Shown here: positions 1-9,088 of the stretch, one piece after another
How the letters are laid out: each line of letters opens with the position of its first letter
Position numbering within the stretch: position 1 is the first letter of the stretch
DNA from: Pseudomonadota bacterium
Lineage (GTDB): Bacteria > Bdellovibrionota > Bdellovibrionia > Bdellovibrionales > SG-bin7
Reading direction: 5' to 3'
Assembly (NCBI GenBank): GCA_034439715.1
Contig: JAWXAY010000038.1
Coordinates: forward strand, 1 to 22,027
Length of the DNA stretch: 22,027 nucleotides
The notes under the pieces: model-generated
Database searches by the model: none
Seen by the model: the letters and a program-made list of their open reading frames with translations, nothing else
What the model was told of the DNA's origin: nothing
Made by a program: the position numbers and the translations under genes

Positions 1-98
1 GAAATATTAAAAACGATGCAGGACTTCTCGCTAATTACAATAACCAGAGGCAATCAACCGCGCCAATTTAAAGCGGAAGAAATTGCGTGAACACCACA
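1..98 (-). mobile_element. Probable terminal segment of a transposable element (5'-TGT end) interrupting the methyltransferase gene
   Basis: On the minus strand, similarity to DUF1156 proteins stops after codons TAT GAT CCA (YDP, ending at 99). The sequence then reads TGTGGTGTTCACGCAAT from 98. TGT termini are typical of IS481, IS21, Tn7 and Mu-like DDE elements. No transposase or second end is in the window. Confidence 0.45.
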
Positions 99-527
99 TG
101 GATCATAAAATGAAGGAAGCTTTTCTGGATTGAAAAGCTCGTCGGCCTGAGGATGATCCTTATTTAATTGGCATGTTTCGATCCAGCTCTTTCGAATTTC
201 CGCATTTGCCTCTTTCAAAACCGCATCGTTGTTTGAATTCTCCCATAAAACCATTCGCTCTATGATCCGAAATAAGCGCTGCCGTTCTGAGTCGGCTTTC
301 GCTTTATTTACCCCTCTTCCCAAATCGCGTTCATATCCAGGATCATTCACTAGTTGCGAAAATATGACCGCACGCGCAGCTGCGAGTGGTCGTCTGGCCC
401 ACCATAGATGCAGAGTGCTCGGGTGACCGTGACGAATAGACTTTTCCTTACCACAGGCAATATTTATCGCATCCAGTGGTAAGGCGACTTCAATTAACTT
501 TCGTGGTCGTTTCACTTCAAAATTCAT
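54..527 (-). pseudogene. Truncated DUF1156-family adenine-specific DNA methyltransferase (N-terminal ~143 aa only)
   Basis: It has the hallmark N-terminus [12 protein letters not shown]...[29 protein letters not shown]. The expected motif I DPFxGGG is replaced after DP by [14 protein letters not shown]. Family members are normally several hundred residues longer. Its start overlaps the helicase stop (ATGA). Confidence 0.8.
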
Positions 528-3500
528 CGTTTCTCCAAAGTTGTTTCTGGCTTAACAGCTCGACCGAGAAATTGACTCAGGTTAAAATTGCGACTCTCTT
601 CTCCAAAACCGGGTCCATTTTCAAATGGGTTCTTAATGTAAAATGGGCCTTCTGTCGTTTCACCATCTACGATCACAATCGCCAAAATGAATTTATCCTG
701 TTGGTTAAGTGCATACATAATTTCATTCGCGGTAATCGTGACAGTTGATTGTCCTTTTGCCTTACCCTTAACTTCGATGTGTCGATCGGCTGGAAGCTTA
801 TCTCCGCGAGCGGCTGGGCGCGCAGTTATATCCCATCCGCATTTTTCTGCAGAAACATCAATCACGGCATGACCAAATGATCGCTCTACTTCAACAACAG
901 CCTGCATCGCTGCAAGTTCAATTCTTTTTCTAGCAGCAGCGTCCACACTAAATGTTGTTTCACCAGATTTTTGTGCCAGCAGCCCAGCCGGAATAACCAA
1001 TGCGCCGCCGATCACGTTTGGCGTTGCCGAAATGACATTTCTCATTACTGCAATTTCACGTTTGCGCTGCTCTAAACGCGCAGTAAGTTCATCTACTCGG
1101 CGCTTGGCATTTTCAGGTTGCATCCTTGGTTGCTTACCAGCAGAAACTTCCTCTTTTAGTTTTATATAACGGTCTGACCAATAATCAATTTCTCTTGTTA
1201 GGCGTTCATGAACTGCTGCCAGAATTCGATCAGACTGTGTTTCTCGGCGTTCTTTAATTTCAGCAAAATGGGCTTGAGCAAGGTGCTGTGATGCAAACTC
1301 CTGCGCTTTCGCTTCAAGGTCTTGTTTAACCCAAGAAGTGGAAACAACATCTGAAACAAGTTCTCGCTCGGCAGCAGAGATTGGGCGCAAATCAATATGC
1401 GGAGCCCAGCCTGCGTTGATTGGCTTCAGTGTTTGGTCAATCGAAACAAACTGGAGCCGTTGAGAAACAGTTCGTTGATTGCCGGAACTTTCACGAATTC
1501 CATGATCAAGCATAAAAATAACTCTGGGCTCAATTCCATCGTCCGAAGGATCAATTAAAATTGTACCTTCTCTTAATATCTTGCGATGGTTTTCAAGAAT
1601 AATGTCGGTGACCGAAGCCATCATGGGGTGGCCCGGATGTATGAGGTCAGCCATCGGCTTACCATCAACTCGAATGTCTTGTTTTTCAAAACAGATGCGC
1701 TCGTAGGCTTTAGCTACAGGCGTTCTAGTTTCACCAATGACTCGGTCACGCTCCCGAATAGTTGGTGGAACATTTCTAATTTCCCAGCGGCCATTTTCTC
1801 GTGGTTTCATGTCACCACCAAGAGACTCAAGTGCAGCTTTAAAAAATGATCTAATAAAATACGGTTGGAGCTTGCGGGCTTCGGCTTTATCCATGTCATC
1901 TTTAACTTTATAAAGATGCTCAAGGCTCATGTGCTGCTCAACCAGCGCATTTCGGCGCATGATCTCTAATAAGTTTTTTGTATCAAGAACACCTTCGATT
2001 ACCTGTCTCTGTCTTGCGCGCACTTCGGCACTCTCACCATAACGAATCGCCTCTATCAAAAGTTTTTTTAGCGAAATGCCATCAAAGGCCTCACCTAAAA
2101 CATTGAACACTCTTCCGCCTAAGGCTCTGCTCTGAACTTCTAGCTTTTCTAGAAGTCGCTGAAAGACTTCGCCTTCACGCGTGCCCTTTGCGAGCATATT
2201 CCAAAGATGGCACACTTCGGTCTGACCGATACGATGTATACGACCAAAGCGCTGTTCAATTCTGTTTGGATTCCAGGGCAGATCATAGTTCACCATCAAA
2301 TTGGCATTCTGAAGATTCACACCTTCGCCAGCCGCATCCGTTGCGATTAAGATCAAAACATTTGGGTGACTTCTAAATTGAACTTGTATTTGTCGCCGTA
2401 AATCGCGGTTAGTGCCGCCATGAATGGTAACTACCGATTCTTGATTGCCCAGCATTTGCACGATACGATCATGGAGATAATTTAAGGTGTCTCTACTTTC
2501 AGTAAAAATGATGAGCTTGCGAAGTCTGCCGGAAGCGTCTTTCATTTCAGGTGTGTCCTGCAGGAGTTTTGAAAGTTCGGTCCATTTACGGTCTTCACCG
2601 GAATGAACAACTCTTCGAGCATCTTCTTCTAAATCTTTTAGAATAATAATTTCGGCAGAAAGCTCTTCAATAGTTTGGGCCGCAGTTGCTTGATCAACAA
2701 CGTCTTGAGTGAGGTTCTCGTATTCTTCTGCATTCAACTCGTCTGCCGCTTCATCCAAATCTTCAGAAATAGTTTGGTCATACTTTGCAAGGATTTCAGA
2801 ATTCAATTGGCCACGTCGGACCAATTTTAATTCCTCTAGCTTCAACTCTAATTTTTTATGCCTTCGCTTTAACGATTCATAAATGGCGGCGGGACTTGAG
2901 GCCAAGCGTCTTTGCAGGGACGCCAAGGCAAAGCCAACAGTGCCTTTTCTCTTTCCATTGTCCTCTATTCTGTCAGCACGATTCATTTCTTCGCGAACGT
3001 AATCAGTAACTTTTGCATAGAGTGCAGCTTCAGCGTCTGATAAATCATAAGCCGCCGTATAAGCTTTTCGCTCTGGGAATAGTTTTGTACCGTCGAACTT
3101 TAGAAGTTCCTCTTTAACCATTCTTCGCATCATGTCTGTAACATCAACTTTATGTGCTCCCTCGCGGAACTTGCCGTAAAATCTATCACCATCAAGGAGT
3201 GACATGAATAGCTGAAAATCTTCCTCTTTACCGTTGTGCGGGGTGGCAGTCATTAGAAGGAAATGTCTGGCTAACGAACTTAATTTTTTGCCGAGCTTGA
3301 AGCGATCAGTCTCTTTGAGGTCACCACCAAAATATGTTGCCCCCATTTTATGTGCTTCATCGACAATAATTAAGTCCCATTCGGTGGCAGACAGTTTAGC
3401 AACCAATTCTTCATTTCGAGAAAGCTGATCGAGGCGACAAATTAAATGATTCGCCTCTTCGAAATAATTACCCGTGACTGATTGTTCTTGTTTTTCTTTG

Positions 3501-4051
3501 CTGAAAATTTGAAAGGGCAGACCAAACTTTTCGAGTAGCTCGTCCTGCCATTGTTGCGAGAGCGAGCCCGGCGTAACGATTAGAACGCGTTTTGCATCAC
3601 CCCTCATAATTAGCTCTTTAATTAACAACCCCGCCATAATTGTTTTTCCCGCGCCTGGATCATCCGCGAGTACAAATCTAAGAGGCTGACGAGGTAGCAT
3701 GGATTCATAAACTGCGGTAATTTGGTGTGGCAGCGGGTCCACATTTGATGTGTGTACCGCCATCATCGGATCAAAAAGATGAGCCAATCTAATTCGCTGT
3801 GCTTCAAGAGCTAGCTTGAAGTAAGTCCCTTCGGCAGCAAAACTCCACGGGCGCGACGCAACCTCAACCAGCGAGATGCTGGCCTCATGGGAGCGGCCAA
3901 GCAGTTGCTCATGTATGTGCCCTTTATTGTTTTTGCAAATCACTGTCATAGATTCGGTGCCGACAGGTACTGTTGCAACGATTTGAATTACTTCATCGCC
4001 TACCAAACCGCGAACGTAAATATTAGGTTTTAATTCTTCAAGTTTAAGCAT
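524..4051 (-). CDS. SNF2-family (SF2) helicase with C-terminal DUF3883/NOV-C-like PD-(D/E)xK domain
   Basis: Motifs [42 protein letters not shown] and [22 protein letters not shown] are present, plus a C-terminal GWDITA...RHIEVKG...ITANE. The start is placed at ATG 4051 (MLKLEE), 2 nt after the upstream gene's stop, rather than at 4123. Confidence 0.92.
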   Translation of the reverse strand: MLKLEELKPNIYVRGLVGDEVIQIVATVPVGTESMTVICKNNKGHIHEQLLGRSHEASISLVEVASRPWSFAAEGTYFKLALEAQRIRLAHLFDPMMAVHTSNVDPLPHQITAVYESMLPRQPLRFVLADDPGAGKTIMAGLLIKELIMRGDAKRVLIVTPGSLSQQWQDELLEKFGLPFQIFSKEKQEQSVTGNYFEEANHLICRLDQLSRNEELVAKLSATEWDLIIVDEAHKMGATYFGGDLKETDRFKLGKKLSSLARHFLLMTATPHNGKEEDFQLFMSLLDGDRFYGKFREGAHKVDVTDMMRRMVKEELLKFDGTKLFPERKAYTAAYDLSDAEAALYAKVTDYVREEMNRADRIEDNGKRKGTVGFALASLQRRLASSPAAIYESLKRRHKKLELKLEELKLVRRGQLNSEILAKYDQTISEDLDEAADELNAEEYENLTQDVVDQATAAQTIEELSAEIIILKDLEEDARRVVHSGEDRKWTELSKLLQDTPEMKDASGRLRKLIIFTESRDTLNYLHDRIVQMLGNQESVVTIHGGTNRDLRRQIQVQFRSHPNVLILIATDAAGEGVNLQNANLMVNYDLPWNPNRIEQRFGRIHRIGQTEVCHLWNMLAKGTREGEVFQRLLEKLEVQSRALGGRVFNVLGEAFDGISLKKLLIEAIRYGESAEVRARQRQVIEGVLDTKNLLEIMRRNALVEQHMSLEHLYKVKDDMDKAEARKLQPYFIRSFFKAALESLGGDMKPRENGRWEIRNVPPTIRERDRVIGETRTPVAKAYERICFEKQDIRVDGKPMADLIHPGHPMMASVTDIILENHRKILREGTILIDPSDDGIEPRVIFMLDHGIRESSGNQRTVSQRLQFVSIDQTLKPINAGWAPHIDLRPISAAERELVSDVVSTSWVKQDLEAKAQEFASQHLAQAHFAEIKERRETQSDRILAAVHERLTREIDYWSDRYIKLKEEVSAGKQPRMQPENAKRRVDELTARLEQRKREIAVMRNVISATPNVIGGALVIPAGLLAQKSGETTFSVDAAARKRIELAAMQAVVEVERSFGHAVIDVSAEKCGWDITARPAARGDKLPADRHIEVKGKAKGQSTVTITANEIMYALNQQDKFILAIVIVDGETTEGPFYIKNPFENGPGFGEESRNFNLSQFLGRAVKPETTLEKR

Positions 4052-4053
4052 AA

Positions 4054-4275
4054 TTAAGTTAACCCTGTATCCTTTGATGAATCGTGAGTTGGGGCTACTG
4101 AAGCACCTCCGCTCAAAACCCATTCATCAACATCTGAGGCGCGAAATCGCCAGAGTTTGCCGATCCTGCTAGCTGGAATCTTCTGCTTGTCCAGCCAGCG
4201 ATAAATCGTTTCCTTTGAGACACTAAGATGTACGGAAATTTGCTCAACACTGAGCCACGGTTCAGCTTCACTCAT
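4054..4275 (-). CDS. Excisionase-like (HTH_17/MerR-type) DNA-binding protein, probable regulator of the helicase-methylase operon
   Basis: [44 protein letters not shown] is a typical Xis-like winged HTH. GGAG lies 9 nt before ATG 4275; an alternative start is at 4305. Confidence 0.85.
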   Translation of the reverse strand: MSEAEPWLSVEQISVHLSVSKETIYRWLDKQKIPASRIGKLWRFRASDVDEWVLSGGASVAPTHDSSKDTGLT

Positions 4276-4312
4276 AATCTTTTGCTCCAAGTTTTTTTGC
4301 GCCATTTCAGTA

Positions 4313-4335
4313 TGGTCAATGACAATCCCTGACCA
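4313..4335. promoter_or_regulatory. Inverted repeat TGGTCA-N11-TGACCA, candidate operator upstream of the HTH gene
   Basis: TGGTCA is at 4313-4318 and TGACCA at 4330-4335, immediately upstream of the minus-strand operon. Confidence 0.35.
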
Positions 4336-4691
4336 GTAAAGACATAAACAATTACCTGACTCAACGCAGGATATTGTTTGAAATTCATAGATGATTTTTA
4401 CCTAGGCTCACCAGAGCAAACACCACAACAAAAAGCCTTCTTTTCAGCGTTGATCAACGTTTACTAGAATGAAAATTTTGTGAACTGTAATCGAATAATT
4501 AGATTAACTTAGTGTAATCGCGCCAAGCCAGCACAAGTGAAAGCAATATTTATCCGAGAATCGGAGGGGGAAGCTCTTTGATAAATGATCAAAAGTAATT
4601 ACTTAAATAGCGCTACGCATCTAAATATGGATGTCTTTATGCGATTTAAGCATCAAATTTTACGCAGATAATTCGATAACTTACTGAAATT

Positions 4692-4762
4692 TGAGACTCA
4701 AGTCTCACAATCAAAATTTGAAAATCCATTAGTTTCAATAAGTTGACAAAGAAATAGTCTCA
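4692..4762. promoter_or_regulatory. Palindrome TGAGACT-CA-AGTCTCA, IHF-like site and extra half site upstream of the signalling operon
   Basis: Perfect 7-bp arms at 4692-4698 and 4701-4707. TTTCAA-TAAG-TTG at 4733-4745 has one mismatch to the IHF consensus WATCAANNNNTTR. AGTCTCA occurs again at 4756-4762. Confidence 0.65.
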
Positions 4763-4804
4763 TTGTCTAAAGGTGCCATCTGATAATGCAGAATGAGGTG
4801 GAAA

Positions 4805-5188
4805 ATGAAAGATCAAATCGTCGGAACATGGCTTCTAGAGCGCTTCTTAATTGAATCTTCAGAAAATGGACTACGCGACTGGGGAACCAATGCTCAAGGT
4901 TTATTAATCTACACTTCATCAGGCCACATGAGCGTAAGCATCAACCGAGATGTAGAAAAAAAATCTGCGGTCGAAGCTCAAAATTATTTTGATTCAATAC
5001 TTTTTTATTCGGGGACATTTGCCGTAGATGCAACAACAGTAAAGCACCAAGTAACTCAAGCTTCTAATCCAACCCGCATCGGGAAAGAACAAATCCGTTA
5101 TGCGAAACTTGAAAATAATATTTTAACGTTAACATCACCTGACGAGTCGTTTGGTCGTGCGATTTTGACATGGAAAAAAATTGCATGA
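4805..5188 (+). CDS. Lipocalin-like domain protein (Lipocalin_5-type), no signal peptide
   Basis: IVGTWLLERF...GLLIYTSSGHMS...YSGTFAV...VKHQV..ASNP..IGKEQIR..L....LTL matches this beta-barrel family. GAGGT RBS before ATG 4805; alternative start at 4793. Confidence 0.75.
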   Translation: MKDQIVGTWLLERFLIESSENGLRDWGTNAQGLLIYTSSGHMSVSINRDVEKKSAVEAQNYFDSILFYSGTFAVDATTVKHQVTQASNPTRIGKEQIRYAKLENNILTLTSPDESFGRAILTWKKIA

Positions 5189-6312
5189 AATTTTTGATAA
5201 TATGTTTGTTGAATTTATTATTTTCAGCTTCGGCCTTTTCGCTGTCTGATAACAAGCAGCTAATAAAAGTTAAAATTTCTTTTATGGAAGCATTAGCGCC
5301 AAGAGACACGACGTCTTCAGAACGCTTTCAAAAAGAATATGAATACGCGGTACAAACAGGCAAGGACCTGACTCGTGAAAAGCTAAAATCGTGCGGCTAT
5401 GAAATAACTGAAGAAAAAGTTTTCTATGATGCCAGTGATAACTTGCAAGCCTTTGAGCAAGCAAAAAAATCTGAAGCTTCTGGAGCATGGCTTATTGTTG
5501 GACCGCGAAGAAGCAACCATTACCTTTTAGCTGTTAAGGGTGCCCCAGAAACGCCCAGCGTGAGCATAATGGCTTCAGCAAAAGAAGTATTTGAGTTGAA
5601 TTCGCTACACCTGTCACTGGCTCAGTCAAATCAGCGAATGGCCGAAGTGCTGGCTCGTGAGGTTAAAAATAAATTTAAACCCAATGCCAAATACCTTTCG
5701 ATTGTCAGCGAAGATTGTGTGTCTTGTGTTGATTTTGCCGAAAGCTTTGATGCCTCTGCAAGGAAGCTAAAATTAAAGAATAGCCACCAATTAAAAATTT
5801 CAGGTGAACAGCCTAATATTGATGGTCTTAAAAAATTGTTTCTAAAAGAAAAGCCAGACTTCGTCCTCATTCCAAATTACTCAATGGTGTCTGCATATTT
5901 AATGGGAATTATTTCAACGTGGAATCCTAAAATTTATTTCCTTGGCGGAGATGGCTGGGGCGACGCCAAATATGGATTTGTCCACGATTCGCCACAACTC
6001 TCAAAAGTTAACGGCATGACAGTGAAGGGTCTGCCCCCTGTTAGTAAGGGTTTAGAATTTTTCGATTTAGGAAAAGAAATTTTAAAGAACCCAAGTCTTG
6101 CTTCAGCTTTTCCAGCAAGTGGTTCTGCACAAGCCTTGCTGAAAGCAATTCAAGATGTGTCTGACATTATTTGTAAATATAAGCCCAAAGATAAAACAGA
6201 ATTTGCACAAAACTTTAAAGAGAACGTTTCGCAATACTTTAAAAACCCGTGGGGCGTTAGTGTTTACAAACTTTCTGAAGGCGAAATTGTTTTCGACAAA
6301 ACTGTGAAGTGA
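5185..6312 (+). CDS. Periplasmic type I (LivJ-like) ligand-binding protein
   Basis: Signal peptide MKFLIICLLNLLFSASAFS and an ATGA overlap with the lipocalin stop. Fold-typical motifs FYD, LIVGPRRS, KPDFVLIP and FLGGDGWG. No ABC permease or ATPase genes are adjacent. Confidence 0.75.
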   Translation: MKFLIICLLNLLFSASAFSLSDNKQLIKVKISFMEALAPRDTTSSERFQKEYEYAVQTGKDLTREKLKSCGYEITEEKVFYDASDNLQAFEQAKKSEASGAWLIVGPRRSNHYLLAVKGAPETPSVSIMASAKEVFELNSLHLSLAQSNQRMAEVLAREVKNKFKPNAKYLSIVSEDCVSCVDFAESFDASARKLKLKNSHQLKISGEQPNIDGLKKLFLKEKPDFVLIPNYSMVSAYLMGIISTWNPKIYFLGGDGWGDAKYGFVHDSPQLSKVNGMTVKGLPPVSKGLEFFDLGKEILKNPSLASAFPASGSAQALLKAIQDVSDIICKYKPKDKTEFAQNFKENVSQYFKNPWGVSVYKLSEGEIVFDKTVK

Positions 6313-6313
6313 T

Positions 6314-7594
6314 ATGAATAAGCCGCAGCAAATAAAGCATTATATTTTTCATTCTTGGCTTGTTGCTGGGGTTATTGCTTTTTCTGCAAGTGTAATTTTA
6401 TTTTTTGCACTTGGCTTTTTCAGCTACAACAAGGCTACAGAAATAGCTAAATTGGAATTGGCGGAAAAGGCAACAAAAGCGGCTCGTCGAATTTCTGCTG
6501 AGCTTTTATTAGAAGGTCGTGGTTCGCCAGAATCAGTCAGACTGCAAATGCAAAAATATTTCAATATTGAACAAATTGAAATTCTTCCTATCAATCAAAT
6601 CGCTCAACTTAATAGTGGCAACATACAGGTTCAAGTTCCAGTTCCTAATTTGGAATCTAAATTTTCTTTGGTGGCGAGTATAAAGGGAATTACATATTAT
6701 AATCATTTTAACTTTTTGCTGCTAGTAAGCTGCTTTTCGCTGATTGGTTTAATTGTGATTTCAGGTCTTTGGATGCAAATAAAATATTTAAAAAGACATG
6801 TTATAAAACCTATCGAATCACTTGTGGCTATTTCAACTGGCGAAAAAGTAGCCTGCGACAACTGGCCGACCGAGCTTCAAGAAATATCAGATAAACTAAA
6901 CCAGTCTTTTCGTGAACGTGAGCAAGTGGTCTACAGCCAAGTTGCACAAGGTGTAATTCACGACATTCGAACGCTATTGCAATCTCTTCAGGTCGCTACT
7001 GATTTGGCTTCAGAAAAGCAATCTGAAGAGCGCTTTAAAAATCTACTAACGATATCAAAATCAAAGCTTCCTAATTTGCTAGCAATTGTAAATACAGCTT
7101 TGGATGGAAGTCGCGAGATCAAAATTAAATCAACTCTCTCTGATTTAATCAAAACACTGAAAAACTCTATCGAGACTAATCAGGCTATTGCGATTTCAAA
7201 AAATATTAAAATTGATTTTGAAACAAGACCGGATTCACTGTTCGCCGCCCACGATCCAATTCAACTTGAGCGAGTATTCACGAATATCTTAAAAAACGCT
7301 GTCGAAGCAGTCGAAGATCAGCAACAAGCAGAAAAGAAAATTAAAATCACTTGCGAAAGTATTTTGCCTAACAAAGTTAAAGTCACCTTTGAAGACAATG
7401 GACATGGACTTCCGCCAAAAGCTGAAAGTGTCTTCCGGCTTTTAAAAAGTACAAAGACTCATGGCTCTGGTCTTGGGTTGTTAGTCTCACGAAAAATTGT
7501 TGAAGCGCACTTCGGAAACATAAAAGCTTCGCATTCAATTGATTTAAAAGGTGCCAGGTTTGAAATTGAGCTGCCGCGTGAGGTTCAATTATGA
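6314..7594 (+). CDS. Membrane sensor histidine kinase
   Basis: Two hydrophobic TM segments flank a ~95-aa extracytoplasmic loop. H-box GVIHDIRT, N-box QLERVFTNILKNAVEA, G1 EDNGHG, G2 GSGLGL. Confidence 0.92.
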   Translation: MNKPQQIKHYIFHSWLVAGVIAFSASVILFFALGFFSYNKATEIAKLELAEKATKAARRISAELLLEGRGSPESVRLQMQKYFNIEQIEILPINQIAQLNSGNIQVQVPVPNLESKFSLVASIKGITYYNHFNFLLLVSCFSLIGLIVISGLWMQIKYLKRHVIKPIESLVAISTGEKVACDNWPTELQEISDKLNQSFREREQVVYSQVAQGVIHDIRTLLQSLQVATDLASEKQSEERFKNLLTISKSKLPNLLAIVNTALDGSREIKIKSTLSDLIKTLKNSIETNQAIAISKNIKIDFETRPDSLFAAHDPIQLERVFTNILKNAVEAVEDQQQAEKKIKITCESILPNKVKVTFEDNGHGLPPKAESVFRLLKSTKTHGSGLGLLVSRKIVEAHFGNIKASHSIDLKGARFEIELPREVQL

Positions 7595-8967
7595 ATCAAG
7601 AACGAGTTCCTAGAATTTTAGCTTTAGACGATGATTCTGAATGGTTGAGCCAGATTCCTATCATGTTCGAGGATCACGGCTATCACATTGACCTGTATGC
7701 AAATATTGACCAAGGTTTAATGGCTATTGAAAATTTCTTTTATGACGTTGTTCTTTTGGATATGAACTTTATTGGGGACAATCGAACTGGGCTAGAGATC
7801 TTTCGTAAAATTGCAGCTAAAGATTCTGAAGTCGATGTCATTGTAATAAGTGGAGAAACTAACCCCCATAAGCTTATTGAAGTCATGAATGCTGGAATAA
7901 CCCAATTTATACCCAAGCCCGCGCAAGTTGGACAAATTCGTGACTCAGTTCAAAAGTCGATCAGGCGGAAAGAATTACGACGGCATTCAATTATTTTAAA
8001 TCAATCAAAAAGTGCTGTGATTGTTGGCTCATCTAAAATTATTCTGGACCTTAAGGCAGAAATTGCGAAGGCAGCGCAGTCTGGGGTTAAAGACATACTA
8101 ATAACTGGCGAGTCAGGCACCGGTAAAGAGGTCGTAGCGCGTTCAATTGCTGAACTTGCTGACTCAGCTAAAAGATTTATTCCGATTCATTGTGCGGCCA
8201 TTAATGACGGCGTAGCCGAGTCTGAACTATTTGGTCACGTTCGAGGAGCCTTTACCAGTGCTGATAAAGATCGTGTTGGTGCTTTTGAAGCAGCGCAGGG
8301 TGGATTTGTATTTCTGGATGAAATCGGAGATATGCCTTTAAACCAGCAAGCAAAACTTCTAAGGGTTTTGCAGGAGCGAAAAGTATCACGTGTTGGAGCA
8401 ACCGAAGAAAGATCTGTCAGCTTCAAATCAATTTGCGCAACCCATGTTGATTTGAATAAAGCTGTTATTGAAAAGCGTTTTCGTGAGGATCTTGTTTACC
8501 GAATTGCGAAGTTCAAAATTGAAATCCCACCACTTCGAAAACGCATCGAAGACATTCCTGAACTGGTTTATCATTTTTTAGCGACTAAGTTTAACAATGA
8601 GTTCACGATCACGCCTGAAGCAATTGGACTTCTCCAAAGTTACTACTGGCCGGGAAATGTTCGCCAACTTGAAGCTACCATTGAAACAATGATCTATCGT
8701 CGAGAAGGAAAAATTATTCGCGAAAAAGATGTTTGCAAGGCTGTTCCAGATCTATCAAATTTGATAACACCAAAGCAAAATGTTTCTTTTCTTGGGAAAG
8801 CTGGCGCGACTCTATTTACCCAAGAGCGCAAAAAATTTGAAAAAGCTATTGTTGATGCTAGTGGTGATCGTACGCTTGCTGCGAAGTCTTTGAATGTATC
8901 GAGGGCTACGTTCTTTAGAAGAGCGAAAGAGCTTGGTCTAGTTGCAAATAAGCGAAGTTCGATATGA
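7591..8967 (+). CDS. NtrC-family response regulator / sigma-54 enhancer-binding protein (REC-AAA+-Fis HTH)
   Basis: REC domain (ALDDD, LLDMN, PKP), Walker A GESGTGKE, ELFGHVRGAFTSA, FLDEIG, FREDLVYRI, WPGNVRQL, and C-terminal HTH AAKSLNVSRATFFRRAKELG. ATGA overlap with the kinase. Confidence 0.95.
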   Translation: MNQERVPRILALDDDSEWLSQIPIMFEDHGYHIDLYANIDQGLMAIENFFYDVVLLDMNFIGDNRTGLEIFRKIAAKDSEVDVIVISGETNPHKLIEVMNAGITQFIPKPAQVGQIRDSVQKSIRRKELRRHSIILNQSKSAVIVGSSKIILDLKAEIAKAAQSGVKDILITGESGTGKEVVARSIAELADSAKRFIPIHCAAINDGVAESELFGHVRGAFTSADKDRVGAFEAAQGGFVFLDEIGDMPLNQQAKLLRVLQERKVSRVGATEERSVSFKSICATHVDLNKAVIEKRFREDLVYRIAKFKIEIPPLRKRIEDIPELVYHFLATKFNNEFTITPEAIGLLQSYYWPGNVRQLEATIETMIYRREGKIIREKDVCKAVPDLSNLITPKQNVSFLGKAGATLFTQERKKFEKAIVDASGDRTLAAKSLNVSRATFFRRAKELGLVANKRSSI

Positions 8968-9021
8968 AGTCCACCATATGGGAATGGATACAAATCCTAA
9001 GATAATAATTGAGCCGGTTCC

Positions 9022-9047
9022 GACCAAGGGCTTGGTTTTATTCTTTC
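9022..9047 (+). terminator. Weak hairpin plus T-rich tail after the response regulator, possible intrinsic terminator
   Basis: GACCAA-GGGC-TTGGTT followed by TTATTCTTT. Confidence 0.3.
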
Positions 9048-9088
9048 ATTTAAACTGTCTGCTTATAAATCCGAAACGTCTATAGATT

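Noticed and set aside
54..110. Simple frameshift in the DUF1156 gene
   Set aside because: No frame continues with FxGGGxIPLEA after DP, so the sequence is replaced, not shifted.
4052..4123. Longer N-terminus of the SNF2 helicase given in the ORF track
   Set aside because: It overlaps the HTH gene by 70 nt; ATG 4051 just after the HTH stop is more plausible.
4743..4790. Defined promoter for the signalling operon (TTGACA at 4743, or a sigma-54 box around 4772-4790)
   Set aside because: TTGACA has no good -10 at 16-18 bp (TCTAAA), and no GG-N10-GC arrangement exists. TGGCAC on the minus strand lacks a -12 element.
5185..6312. Branched-chain amino acid ABC transporter
   Set aside because: No permease or ATPase genes are present, and the gene is directly linked to a histidine kinase instead.
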